The notes beneath the pieces were generated by a model that worked only from the letters and a program-made list of their open reading frames with translations, did not search any database and had not been told where the DNA came from. The translations under genes were made by a program, and so were the position numbers. 21,751 bases of DNA from Archangiaceae bacterium (GTDB lineage: Bacteria; Myxococcota; Myxococcia; Myxococcales; Myxococcaceae): NCBI GenBank assembly GCA_043750125.1, contig JAYVCD010000140.1, positions 1-21,751 of the forward strand. Reading direction: 5' to 3'. Each line of letters starts with the position of its first letter. Within the stretch, counting starts at the first letter, position 1. Shown here piece after piece: positions 8,401 through 15,918 of this stretch.

Positions 8401-9365
8401 ACCTGAGTGAGAAAATCTTCCAGCTTCACCTCGTCGCCCGACCAGCGAGCCCGGGCGGTGAAGTCTCCGGGCTTGAACTGCCCAATGCGTATTTGACTGC
8501 CCTGGATCTGGGCCGCGATCGCGAGGCTGTCAGCTCTGCCGGTGACGAGCATTCGGGTCCAGACGTGACCTTCCGCGGGCTGCAGCATAGGGCTGCCCAC
8601 CAGCCGGGCGACGCTGGCTACGGGACTGAAGAGTTGGGCATTGAGCGCAAGCACCGGCGCCGCATCGCACAATGACTCGACCATGCCGGTGAGCGACAGC
8701 CGCGCTCCTTCGACATTTGCTTCCGCACGGGTGACGGACAATTTCTCGTCGCCTACGTCGAGCTCACCGTCCAGCATGGCCTTGCCGAGACTCACGTTGT
8801 GCTTGGCGTCGATTCTCAACTGGCCGCTGCGCATCACCGCCTGAAGCTCGACCGCGTTCTTGCGCGAGCGCCATTCGAGCTCGAGCCCGTCGAGTTGAAT
8901 CCGCCGCGATCGGGGCAAGCTGAGCACCACGGACCCTTCGCTGATTTGAAGGTGCTCGACCTTGACCAACCGGAGGACGTCGAGCGGGCACCCGCCCCCT
9001 TTCGGAAGGGCCGACGGCTGGCTGAGATCGAAGGTGACCCGCGGCCGAACGAGCTTCAAATGGTCGAGCGTCAGCGATGACAAGAAGATGCTTCGAAGTG
9101 ACACGTAGGCTTCGTCGGCTTCGAGCACGGGAAGGTGCGTCTTCGGATCCAGCAGGGCGACGTGCGTGACCCGCACTCCTTGCTCGAGGGGCTCGATTTC
9201 GCAGCTGCCAATCGTCACTTCGAACGGAATCTGACCGGGCAGCTGGGTGCGAAGCGTCTGGCAGGCCCACGCGGCGGCGCGTTTGGTGCGCAGGGCAAAC
9301 ACGAGCCCAATCGCGCCCAGCGCACCCAACAGCAGCGCCACTCGCCAGCGTCGTGACTTGACCAC
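5463..9365 (-). CDS. tamB: Translocation and assembly module TamB / AsmA-like bridge protein (DUF490-type C-terminus), 1300 aa
   Basis: GTG start with AGGAG 5 nt upstream. N-terminal membrane anchor RRWRVALLLGALGAIGLVFAL, a long beta-rich repetitive body, and a DUF490-like tail (LSSEPALPEADVVSLLTLG ... GVDLKFRFEWE). Directly coupled to an Omp85 gene. Confidence 0.85.
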   Translation of the reverse strand: MVKSRRWRVALLLGALGAIGLVFALRTKRAAAWACQTLRTQLPGQIPFEVTIGSCEIEPLEQGVRVTHVALLDPKTHLPVLEADEAYVSLRSIFLSSLTLDHLKLVRPRVTFDLSQPSALPKGGGCPLDVLRLVKVEHLQISEGSVVLSLPRSRRIQLDGLELEWRSRKNAVELQAVMRSGQLRIDAKHNVSLGKAMLDGELDVGDEKLSVTRAEANVEGARLSLTGMVESLCDAAPVLALNAQLFSPVASVARLVGSPMLQPAEGHVWTRMLVTGRADSLAIAAQIQGSQIRIGQFKPGDFTARARWSGDEVKLEDFLTQVGTGSVKVNGELKLTAGLPLKVRVETDEASFARVLERAGLPGAWVEFPATLRSTLTGNLGAKPQLVGDVDLKGGRFVLAARPWDAPANAGPDILTFPQGRANLKVGIYADRVEFSSIRLQAGKDSASQAHGDVTLFYDVARGLEVKATGDALQLSDFGSIAGIPWAGQGTASVNISGPYAGVKIEGQVALRDFEMFGYAAGVVQGPLKFSRGVLSFPNMFGQKGRTGFAGRVDLAFRRDGLFLDAEAAIPRGRIEDLIDLIAHLHPSIASFQGPLEGDVSAALHFNGPANAVDGTIDLDLSNTRYYGRKLGAGKVTLQLEKGTALVLEPVSLVGTMGTLSAEGRWTFAGPLDFRARLINGSFGEAVGSERAAEHGITGPLSFEATLAGDTDSPIVTSQLSASGVTWNHHPLGPMALEARLEGKDLRIKGQLFTGARGEVAMTVKEPYPWEGGVTLDLPELSSFLPTGMDRQQLAAGLAGTVTGNGTMRSIEASHLAAELTTLSIQRGELGATNEYPVVLRWDAGRLEVVNFSLRGPNTALNAEGTWGPVNVDLKARGSVDLRLLESFVPQLERSSGQLDLTLLLSGTVKTPALVGSAEVRDAKFQVRDQAMAVRALSGKAEFSEARVLLSDFQGFLNDGRVRGRGDIRLERFEVKAVELGIDLEEVTLQPRPDFPTSVSGNLLFFGKPSAFQLAGSLDVLKLRYTQPLDLELLLSQASSRLPPSDDRPTEWLKFDVNLDGTQGDIRIDNNLAKARLTGKLKLTGTNVNPVLLGTLETVEGSQGFVRGQAFSISRGVVQFGAQDTTFDLTAQSQVREYLVRVKGFGKLDDPKLSLSSEPALPEADVVSLLTLGVTSRERATAEAGAGLAAEALFQASGLEREVQRFLKKNVGLKDQAVHLSTTFNEATGQAEPSVSWESKVLTDKLKVGVSQPVTGRGTKAQAEYKFNDKVSARAQWDNQSQESSLGNPGVDLKFRFEWE

Positions 9366-9376
9366 CTACACTCCTG

Positions 9377-10408
9377 TCAGAGCTTCCCCAGGCCCTCGAG
9401 GTACCTGTCGATCTCGGCCAGATCCACTCCAGACTTGGGCGCCTTCGACGCCGAAGGCCGAGGTGGATTCACGTCGGCCACTGCCAGCAATACGGGCGAA
9501 TGATCCACCGGGGGCACGGCAATCACTGGGACCAGGGCGGGCGGGGGCGCCGCAGCCAGGGGAAGTGCAGACACGGCGGCCTGGGTGTGGAGCCCGGTCT
9601 CGAGGCCGAGGTTGTCTGCGATCTGTTCGATCAAATCGCCGTCGATTCCCGGGGTGCGCGCGAGAAACGCTTCGAACAGCGCATTGTCACAGAGCGTATT
9701 GATCACGCGCGGGGTGCCGCCACTGCGTCGGTGCAGCACTTCGATCGCGGCGGGGCTGAACGGCATCCGCGGGCACCCTGCCAGGCGCAGCCGATGCTTG
9801 ACGTAGGCCTCGGTAGAATCCGAGGTGAACGGCTCGAGTCGGTACCGCATCGCCACCCGCTGAGCGAGGGGCGCATCGAGCTTCAGGTTCTTTTCGATTT
9901 CGGGAAGCCCGAAGAACACGAAGCTGATCAACTTGCGTTCGGGAACCTCGAGGTTCAACAAGCCGCGAAATTCTTCCATCAGCTCGCGCGATTCGAGCAT
10001 CTGCGCTTCGTCGATCAGCACGACCGCCTTGCGTCCCTGCTCGTAGATTTGAAGCAGCCGCTGGTAGAGCTGTGAGAGCAGCGCGAGCTTTTCCTGCGCG
10101 GGATTCTCGACGCCCAGTTGCAAAGCGATTCTCTTCAGCAGCCAGTTGGCGGTGATGCCCGAGTGGATGATCACCAACAACGCCGCCTCGTATTCTTCTT
10201 CGGGAAGCGAATCGAGCATTCGCCGGGCGAGGGTCGTCTTGCCTGCGCCGATGTCTCCGATCAGCACGGACAAGCCCTTCATGTAGCTCACCGAGTGCAG
10301 CAATCGGGTGAGCGCCTGCGAGTGCTGGGTGCTGTTGTAATAAAAGCGGCTGACCGGAGCGTTCGAGAACGGTTCCTGCGTGAGCTCGAAGAAGTCGAGG
10401 TACGTCAT
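9377..10408 (-). CDS. ExeA/GspA/MshM-family AAA+ ATPase, soluble (no TM segment or peptidoglycan-binding domain seen)
   Basis: Family-typical N-terminus YLDFFELTQEPFS. Walker A GDIGAGKTT, Walker B VVLIDEAQ, LAQRV, YVKHRLRLAG and SGGTPRVINTLCDNAL. Followed by a Pro/Ala linker and a short terminal helix. Confidence 0.9.
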   Translation of the reverse strand: MTYLDFFELTQEPFSNAPVSRFYYNSTQHSQALTRLLHSVSYMKGLSVLIGDIGAGKTTLARRMLDSLPEEEYEAALLVIIHSGITANWLLKRIALQLGVENPAQEKLALLSQLYQRLLQIYEQGRKAVVLIDEAQMLESRELMEEFRGLLNLEVPERKLISFVFFGLPEIEKNLKLDAPLAQRVAMRYRLEPFTSDSTEAYVKHRLRLAGCPRMPFSPAAIEVLHRRSGGTPRVINTLCDNALFEAFLARTPGIDGDLIEQIADNLGLETGLHTQAAVSALPLAAAPPPALVPVIAVPPVDHSPVLLAVADVNPPRPSASKAPKSGVDLAEIDRYLEGLGKL

Positions 10409-10414
10409 CGGGGC

Positions 10415-13204
10415 CTAAAGGTATCCAACTTTTCGCGCCGAGCCGGCAGGACGCTTCAGAGGTGGCCCCTGCGGTGCCCCGTCTTCCTCAGGGCTGGCAA
10501 TGGCACTCAGACGAGAAATGGTGGGGTCCACCTCGCGGTAGCTGGAATCGATCGCCTGAACCTTCAGAAATTGATTGAGCGCTTTCCCCAGATCGCCGGC
10601 GATTTCGTAGACGCCGCCCAGCTCGTAGCGCAGGGCCTTTTCGACCTCGGGCATCGCATGCTCACTGGCCAGTGCCAGCGTGTAGCTTTCGATTGCCGAG
10701 CTCGAATCTCCTTTCAACATCTGCAACGCGGCCATCATCGACAGACAGTCGACTTCTTTCCGCTTCCCCATCGTGCCCTGGCGCGCGACGACGAACTCGC
10801 CGATCGCATCGTCGATCAAGCCCATTTCCTTGTACGCGATGCCCAGGTCGTAATGGGTCTCAACGTCCTCGGGCTTCACGACTTTTTCGAGGCCCTTCTT
10901 GAAATCGGCGAAGACCTCTTCGACCGAGTACTGGAAGTCTTCGGAAGGAACCTCACTGACTTCAGAGGTGGGCTGTTCTTCCATCTCGCCCATTTCGCCC
11001 AGCTCACTTGCCAGCTCGGCGGCGAGATCGAACGCGTCCTTCGTGTCGCTGGCACCGTGAGTGACCCCGTTGCTGGAGTCACTGCCCGCGGCTTCCGAGG
11101 CCGCGATCTGGGCCATCAGCTCGCCGGCGCGGGCGTGGCCCGGGTAGGCGATCTGAACGGTTTCGAGGATCTCACGGGCCTCTTCGAACAGCCCTTGCTC
11201 GACGAAGAAGGTGGCCTCTTCGCATTCTTCGCTGGCCGGATCATCGTCGGGAGGTGCAACGACGGCTTCTTCGCTGACGCCTTCGTCTTCGAACACCACC
11301 GGCTGAGGGACAGTGGGGACGGCCTCGATGGGGACTGAATCGCGATCGGGCTCGCTTTCAAATTCGTCGCGGTACGCCTGTCGTGGAGGAACGAAGGCGT
11401 GCTGCCGACCCGTCATCAGAGAATGCGGGTTTTCGATCACCGGAATCATCTGAGTGACGGGTTCATCTTCAGCGACGAACTCGTTGGCGATTTCACTTTC
11501 GCCGGTTTGAGCGTCGACTTCGTCCGCGCCCAGCTCGAGCGGCTGAACGTCATTTCGCCCGAGAGGCTCGTCGGCAACCTCGGTCATCACCGGCTCGAGA
11601 ACCGATTCTTCATCGGGCACAGGCGGACCATCGATCGAGTACTCGCTCCCGTCGGAGTACTCGTTCTGATCTGCCATTGCCTCGTCGGCAACGAGATCGG
11701 GACTGGCCTGATCATCGGTTCCGTCAGAAGCGTTGAGCGCCAGATCGTCGCTGGCGAGAAGATCTTCAGGAGCATCAGCGACGATGATCTCGTCATCGCG
11801 GCTGTCGACCAGGATTGCGTCTTCACCGACCTCGGAATCAGGCTCGGCGCTGTACTGCAGCGACCCTGCTCGAAGCGACGAGAGGAATGCCGGCACCTCG
11901 GGGTGACCGGGGTTCTGCTTCAGCATCGTCTGAAGGTAGGGCTGCGCGCGATCTGAATCGCCCCGCCGGGTATGGAGCCGCAGGACGTTGAGCAGCTGTT
12001 CGGACGACTGGGCCTGATTCCCGGCTGCGACGTAGATGTGGTACGCCTTTTCATGCGCGTCGATGTTCTCGGGATCGATCGAGAACACTTTGCGCAGGTG
12101 CTCCAACGCTTTGTCGTGAAGTCCGTACTTCACGTAGACGTCCGTCTCGGTCAGCAGTTTGCCGAGGTTCTCGCCCTGGGCGGCGCGCCCAGAATTCTGC
12201 GACTGCGGCGAGTGCGCAGGAGGTGCCGCTGCAGCCGCGGGCGCCATCGGAGCGGGCGGGGGTGGGCGCGCAGGCGCCGCGACGCCTGCAGCGGCCCGCG
12301 AGGGTGCCGCCACGGGCGCGGGAGGCCGACGAGACACGACTTCGGCGTCGGTCGGATCGAGCTGGGCAACCTTCTGCCAGATGGCTTCCGACTCGTCGTG
12401 GCGTCCCTTTTCCGAGTAGACCTTCGCGAGCTCCTTGTAGACCGAGATCGTCTTCGAGGTCTGGCCCAGACCCTGAAATGCAGTCGCGAGCAGGCGCAGC
12501 GTCTCGATGTCGCGTGAGTCCGCCTTGAAGCAGATCTGCAGCTTCGCAAGCGCCCGTTTCTGATCGCTTTTGCTGAGGTAGATTTCGGCGAGCTCGCGGG
12601 CCAACTGAAGATTGTTCGGCTCGAGCGTGCTGATCCGTTCGGCCACACGCACGTAATCGTCGGTGCGGTTGTTGCGCTTGAGATGTTCGGCCGCACGGCG
12701 GAACTCGCCGACCGCTTCGTTGTTCATCTGCTCGCGGGCGTAGAGCTCGGCGAGCTTGATTCGCGAGGCGACGTTCTCGGGGTCGAGGTCGACCATCTTG
12801 CGAAGCGTATCGAGCGACTTCTTGGTGTCCCCCGCCTTGTCGTAGTGGTTGGCGACAATCTGGTAGTACGCCATCGCCTCGCTCATCAGCTGCAGTTGCT
12901 GATGCAACTCGGCGAGCTTCAAGTTCACGTCAACCAGCGACGGATCGAGCTTGAGGACCTGTTTGTAGAGCGCGACGGCCTTGAGGAAGAAACCGTCGTT
13001 GCTGTAACTCTCGGCGACCTTGGTGAAATAGAAAGCCGCTTGAGAGTTGTCGTTCTTCTTTTGGTACAGCTCTCCCATCTTCTGGAGAATCCGAACGTCC
13101 TTCGGATCGGCCTCCAGGACTTTCTGGTACTCCTTGATCGCTTTGTCATAGGCGCCCTTCGCGACCAGCTTCGCGGCGCCTTCGATGATCTTGTTCTTGT
13201 CCAA
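10415..13204 (-). CDS. sgmX: Multi-TPR protein, likely ortholog of myxobacterial SgmX (MglA-GTP effector activating type IVa pili)
   Basis: TTG start. N-terminal TPR array (YDKAIKEYQKVLEADP, AVALYKQVLKLDP, LRKMVDLDPEN), a Pro/Ala linker, a middle TPR block, a very acidic linker and C-terminal TPRs (ETHYDLGIAYKEMG, LRYELGGVYE). Its position between accC and an ExeA-like ATPase/tamB/omp85 matches my recollection of the M. xanthus sgmX locus. Confidence 0.8.
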   Translation of the reverse strand: MDKNKIIEGAAKLVAKGAYDKAIKEYQKVLEADPKDVRILQKMGELYQKKNDNSQAAFYFTKVAESYSNDGFFLKAVALYKQVLKLDPSLVDVNLKLAELHQQLQLMSEAMAYYQIVANHYDKAGDTKKSLDTLRKMVDLDPENVASRIKLAELYAREQMNNEAVGEFRRAAEHLKRNNRTDDYVRVAERISTLEPNNLQLARELAEIYLSKSDQKRALAKLQICFKADSRDIETLRLLATAFQGLGQTSKTISVYKELAKVYSEKGRHDESEAIWQKVAQLDPTDAEVVSRRPPAPVAAPSRAAAGVAAPARPPPPAPMAPAAAAAPPAHSPQSQNSGRAAQGENLGKLLTETDVYVKYGLHDKALEHLRKVFSIDPENIDAHEKAYHIYVAAGNQAQSSEQLLNVLRLHTRRGDSDRAQPYLQTMLKQNPGHPEVPAFLSSLRAGSLQYSAEPDSEVGEDAILVDSRDDEIIVADAPEDLLASDDLALNASDGTDDQASPDLVADEAMADQNEYSDGSEYSIDGPPVPDEESVLEPVMTEVADEPLGRNDVQPLELGADEVDAQTGESEIANEFVAEDEPVTQMIPVIENPHSLMTGRQHAFVPPRQAYRDEFESEPDRDSVPIEAVPTVPQPVVFEDEGVSEEAVVAPPDDDPASEECEEATFFVEQGLFEEAREILETVQIAYPGHARAGELMAQIAASEAAGSDSSNGVTHGASDTKDAFDLAAELASELGEMGEMEEQPTSEVSEVPSEDFQYSVEEVFADFKKGLEKVVKPEDVETHYDLGIAYKEMGLIDDAIGEFVVARQGTMGKRKEVDCLSMMAALQMLKGDSSSAIESYTLALASEHAMPEVEKALRYELGGVYEIAGDLGKALNQFLKVQAIDSSYREVDPTISRLSAIASPEEDGAPQGPPLKRPAGSARKVGYL

Positions 13205-13231
13205 TGTGCGGTAACGACTCGCGATTCAGTG

Positions 13232-13305
13232 AAAAAAGGGCTGTGACTGCAGCGGCGGCAGGCTAGCAGACGACCCTACAGGTGGCCACTATGCGAACAG
13301 CCCCT
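13232..13305 (-). terminator. Possible long-loop stem plus U6 tract downstream of accC (weak terminator/attenuator candidate)
   Basis: On the minus strand GGGCUGU (13303-13297) can pair with ACAGCCC (13244-13238), immediately followed by UUUUUU (13237-13232). The 52-nt enclosed region is atypically long for an intrinsic terminator. Confidence 0.25.
13260..13288 (-). promoter_or_regulatory. Candidate sigma70-type promoter for sgmX-ATPase-tamB-omp85
   Basis: Minus strand TGGCCA (13288-13283), 17 nt spacer, TAGCCT (13265-13260), with an extended -10 TG (TGCTAGCCT). It lies in the 102-bp gap between accC and sgmX. Confidence 0.4.
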
Positions 13306-13306
13306 G

Positions 13307-14692
13307 TTACGGAGTCTCTTCGATGGCTTTTTTGAGCCGCTGAATGCCGATTTCTGAGGCCTGGAGCTGCTCGACAAAGCGGGTGTCGTACTCACCTTGC
13401 ACGAAAGAATCTTCCATCAACGCTGCGCGGTGGAAGGGAATGTTGGTCCGGATTCCCTGCACGACGTACTCGGCCAGCGCGCGGCGCATGCGCTTGATCG
13501 CGGTGTCGCGGTCCTCACCGAAGCTGATCAGCTTCGCGAGCAACGAGTCGTAGTGGGGCAGGACGGTGTAGTTCTCGTACGCCGCGGAATCGACGCGCAC
13601 GCCCAGCCCGCCAGGAGCGCTGTAGGCGGTGATCTTCCCGGGCCAGGGAGCAAAGCTCATCGGGTCTTCGGCGTTGACGCGACATTCGATCGCGTGGCCG
13701 GTCATCTTGACGTCGGACTGCTGCAGCTTCAGGGGGGCACCGGCGGCCAACTGAATCTGGGTGCGAACGAGGTCGACGCCGGTGACCATCTCGGTCACGG
13801 GGTGCTCGACCTGGACCCGGGTGTTCATTTCCATGAAGTAGAACCGGCCCGTCTCATCGAGCAGGTACTCGATGGTGCCCAGATTGTTGTAGTTGATCTT
13901 CCGCATCGCTTCGAGAGAAACGCGGCCCATCTCTTCGCGAAGCCTGGGCGATACGCCGGGCGAGGGGCTCTCTTCGATCAACTTCTGGTGGCGACGCTGA
14001 ACGCTGCATTCGCGCTCGCCCAGGTGGATGACGTGCCCGTGCTCGTCGGCGACGATCTGGATTTCGATGTGCCGCGGCTTGTCGATGTACCGCTCGATGT
14101 ACATGTCGCCGTTGGCGAATGCGGCCAGCGCCTCTGCCGAAGCGGTGGAAAATGCCTGGGCCAGGGCCCGCATCTCGCGGACGATCTTCATTCCGCGCCC
14201 ACCCCCGCCCGCGGCCGCCTTGAGGATGACCGGAAACCCGATTTCGGCAGCGAAGGCCTCGGCCTCGGTGGGGTCCTTGAGCACTCCTGGAGAGCCGGGG
14301 AGCAGCGGCAAGCCGGCCTGGCGTGCCGCCTCGCGCGCGCGGACCTTGTTGCCCATCAGGCGAATCATCTCGGGCCGTGGGCCGATGAAGTGGATCTTGC
14401 AGTTTCGACAGACCTCGGCGAACTCGGCGTTCTCGGACAAGAAGCCGTAGCCGGGGTGAATCGCATCGGCCCGGGTGATCTCAGCCGCCGACAAGATGGC
14501 GGGGATGTTGAGGTAGCTCTCTTTGCTCGAGGGCGGCCCGATGCAGACCGCTTCATCGGCGAAACGGACGTGGAGGGCATTCGCGTCGGCTGTCGAGTGC
14601 ACCGCGACGGTCGCGACCCCGAGCTCCTTGCACGCACGGATGACCCGCAGCGCAATCTCACCCCGGTTGGCGATCAGGACTTTCTTGAACAC
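13307..14692 (-). CDS. accC: Acetyl-CoA carboxylase biotin carboxylase subunit
   Basis: GTG start. Hallmark motifs [68 protein letters not shown] and [10 protein letters not shown]. Adjacent to accB. Confidence 0.97.
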   Translation of the reverse strand: MFKKVLIANRGEIALRVIRACKELGVATVAVHSTADANALHVRFADEAVCIGPPSSKESYLNIPAILSAAEITRADAIHPGYGFLSENAEFAEVCRNCKIHFIGPRPEMIRLMGNKVRAREAARQAGLPLLPGSPGVLKDPTEAEAFAAEIGFPVILKAAAGGGGRGMKIVREMRALAQAFSTASAEALAAFANGDMYIERYIDKPRHIEIQIVADEHGHVIHLGERECSVQRRHQKLIEESPSPGVSPRLREEMGRVSLEAMRKINYNNLGTIEYLLDETGRFYFMEMNTRVQVEHPVTEMVTGVDLVRTQIQLAAGAPLKLQQSDVKMTGHAIECRVNAEDPMSFAPWPGKITAYSAPGGLGVRVDSAAYENYTVLPHYDSLLAKLISFGEDRDTAIKRMRRALAEYVVQGIRTNIPFHRAALMEDSFVQGEYDTRFVEQLQASEIGIQRLKKAIEETP

Positions 14693-14697
14693 GTCGC

Positions 14698-15258
14698 CTA
14701 GACCGTTTCGATGCGGAAGAGCGGCTGACCGAATTCCACCGGCTGCGCATTCTGGGCGAGGACCTCGACCACCTTCCCGGCGACTTCCGATTCGATCTCG
14801 TTCATCAGCTTCATCGCTTCGACGATGCAGAGGGTCTGGCCCTTCTTGACGACGGTGCCCACGTCGACGAACGACGGCTGATCTGGAGCGGGCGTCCGGT
14901 AGAAAGTCCCGACGAAAGGCGAGGTAATCAGATGGCCTTTGGGAACGGCCTCGGGTGCAGGCGACGGCCGCACCGGGGCGGACGAGCGCGGTTTGTCGAC
15001 GTTCTGGCTCGGGGCCATGACGTGCACCGAAGGCGAGGAAGACGTCATCGCCGGCTGCATCAGGTGAGTCACCGTGGGACCGCGGCAGATGAAGAGCTTC
15101 TCGCGGCCATTTCGCCAGACCAGCCGGCTGACATCAGAAGCCTCGAGAATGTCGACGATCTGCCGCAGCGCCTCGACATCGAGGGTGCTGGGTCCACCGC
15201 TCGTTCGAACTTCGAGTGCAGAGGCTCCGCTCGCGACCTTCTTCTTCTTGTCGACCAT
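14698..15258 (-). CDS. accB: Acetyl-CoA carboxylase biotin carboxyl carrier protein
   Basis: Biotinylation motif [22 protein letters not shown] and VEFGQPLF. Start corrected to ATG 15258 (MVDKKKK), 8 nt after the efp stop. The ORF-track extension to 15432 overlaps efp. Confidence 0.95.
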   Translation of the reverse strand: MVDKKKKVASGASALEVRTSGGPSTLDVEALRQIVDILEASDVSRLVWRNGREKLFICRGPTVTHLMQPAMTSSSPSVHVMAPSQNVDKPRSSAPVRPSPAPEAVPKGHLITSPFVGTFYRTPAPDQPSFVDVGTVVKKGQTLCIVEAMKLMNEIESEVAGKVVEVLAQNAQPVEFGQPLFRIETV

Positions 15259-15266
15259 GATTGTTT

Positions 15267-15845
15267 TCAGCCGCCTGTGGCGACGCGGGTGAGGTACTTG
15301 CCGTCGCGGGTGTCGATTTTCAACACATCGCCTTCGTTGATGAACAGCGGCACCATCACCTGGAAGCCGGTCTCGAGAATCGCCGGTTTCAGGGCGCCCG
15401 AGACCGTGTCTCCGCGCGCACCCGGATCGCACTTGCTGACCTGGAGGTCGACAGAGTTGGGCAGCGAGACGGCCAGTGCCTTGCCGTTGAAGAACAAGAT
15501 CTGCGCGTTGATGTTCGCCTTGAGAAAATTCTTCGACTCGCCGAGGACTTTCGAAGAGACGAAGGTCTGCTCGAAGCTCTTGTTGTCCATGAAGTAATAG
15601 TCGTCGCCTTCGACGTACAGGTACTGCATTTCGAACTCTTCGATGTCGGGGCGACCGACCTTGTCGCCGCTCTTCATCGTCGGCTGGAGCACCCGGCCGG
15701 AAATCAGGCTGCGAATCGAGGTTCGGACGAATGCCGAGCCTTTGCCCGGTTTGACATGCTGGAATTCGACGATCTCGAAGGGCTCGCCATCGATCTCAAT
15801 CTTCATGCCCTTCTTGAATTCAGATGTATCGATGACGCCGGCCAT
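15267..15845 (-). CDS. efp: Elongation factor P
   Basis: FQHVKPGKGSAFVR (Lys-type tip loop), MQYLY, PGARGDTVSG.KPAILETG and VPLFINEGD.LKIDTRDGKY. Part of the widespread efp-accB-accC cluster. Confidence 0.97.
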   Translation of the reverse strand: MAGVIDTSEFKKGMKIEIDGEPFEIVEFQHVKPGKGSAFVRTSIRSLISGRVLQPTMKSGDKVGRPDIEEFEMQYLYVEGDDYYFMDNKSFEQTFVSSKVLGESKNFLKANINAQILFFNGKALAVSLPNSVDLQVSKCDPGARGDTVSGALKPAILETGFQVMVPLFINEGDVLKIDTRDGKYLTRVATGG

Positions 15846-15878
15846 ATTTGCTCGCTCGGGTTTTGAAAAGTTCGCGGT

Positions 15879-15918
15879 AAGGCGCGGTCGTGTAGCCGAC
15901 CACGCCCTTCGGGAGCAA
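15879..15918 (-). promoter_or_regulatory. Candidate promoter for efp-accB-accC whose -10 lies in an inverted repeat
   Basis: Minus strand TTGCTC (15918-15913), 18 nt spacer, TACACG (15894-15889). Inverted repeat GGCGCGGTCG (15881-15890) / CGACCACGCC (15897-15906) matches 9 of 10, and 10 of 10 as minus-strand RNA with one G-U pair. Confidence 0.4.

Noticed and set aside
9377..10408. ATPase as a transposon TniB/TnsC or IstB helper, or as a defence-system NTPase
   Set aside because: There is no transposase, terminal repeat or nuclease nearby. The YLDFFEL..EPF N-terminus and SGG.PR.IN.LCDNAL lid fit the ExeA/MshM family in a housekeeping context.
12225..12330. GC-rich quasi-repeats in the Pro/Ala linker of SgmX (also the PilP linker ~20060-20150 and PilQ ~19165-19225)
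   Set aside because: These are low-complexity protein linkers with no fixed repeat unit or spacers. They are not a CRISPR array or VNTR.
13397..14701. 434-aa plus-strand ORF antisense to accC (likewise 10118-11338, 5331-6554, 2704-3774, 3853-4845 and 19831-20826)
   Set aside because: These are shadow ORFs opposite well-supported genes. They are expected in GC-rich DNA with strong codon bias and show no recognisable motifs.
15259..15432. AccB extension to 244 aa, and similarly the Omp85 extension 5467-5538
   Set aside because: These overlap the 3' ends of efp and tamB respectively. Downstream ATGs give more plausible N-termini.
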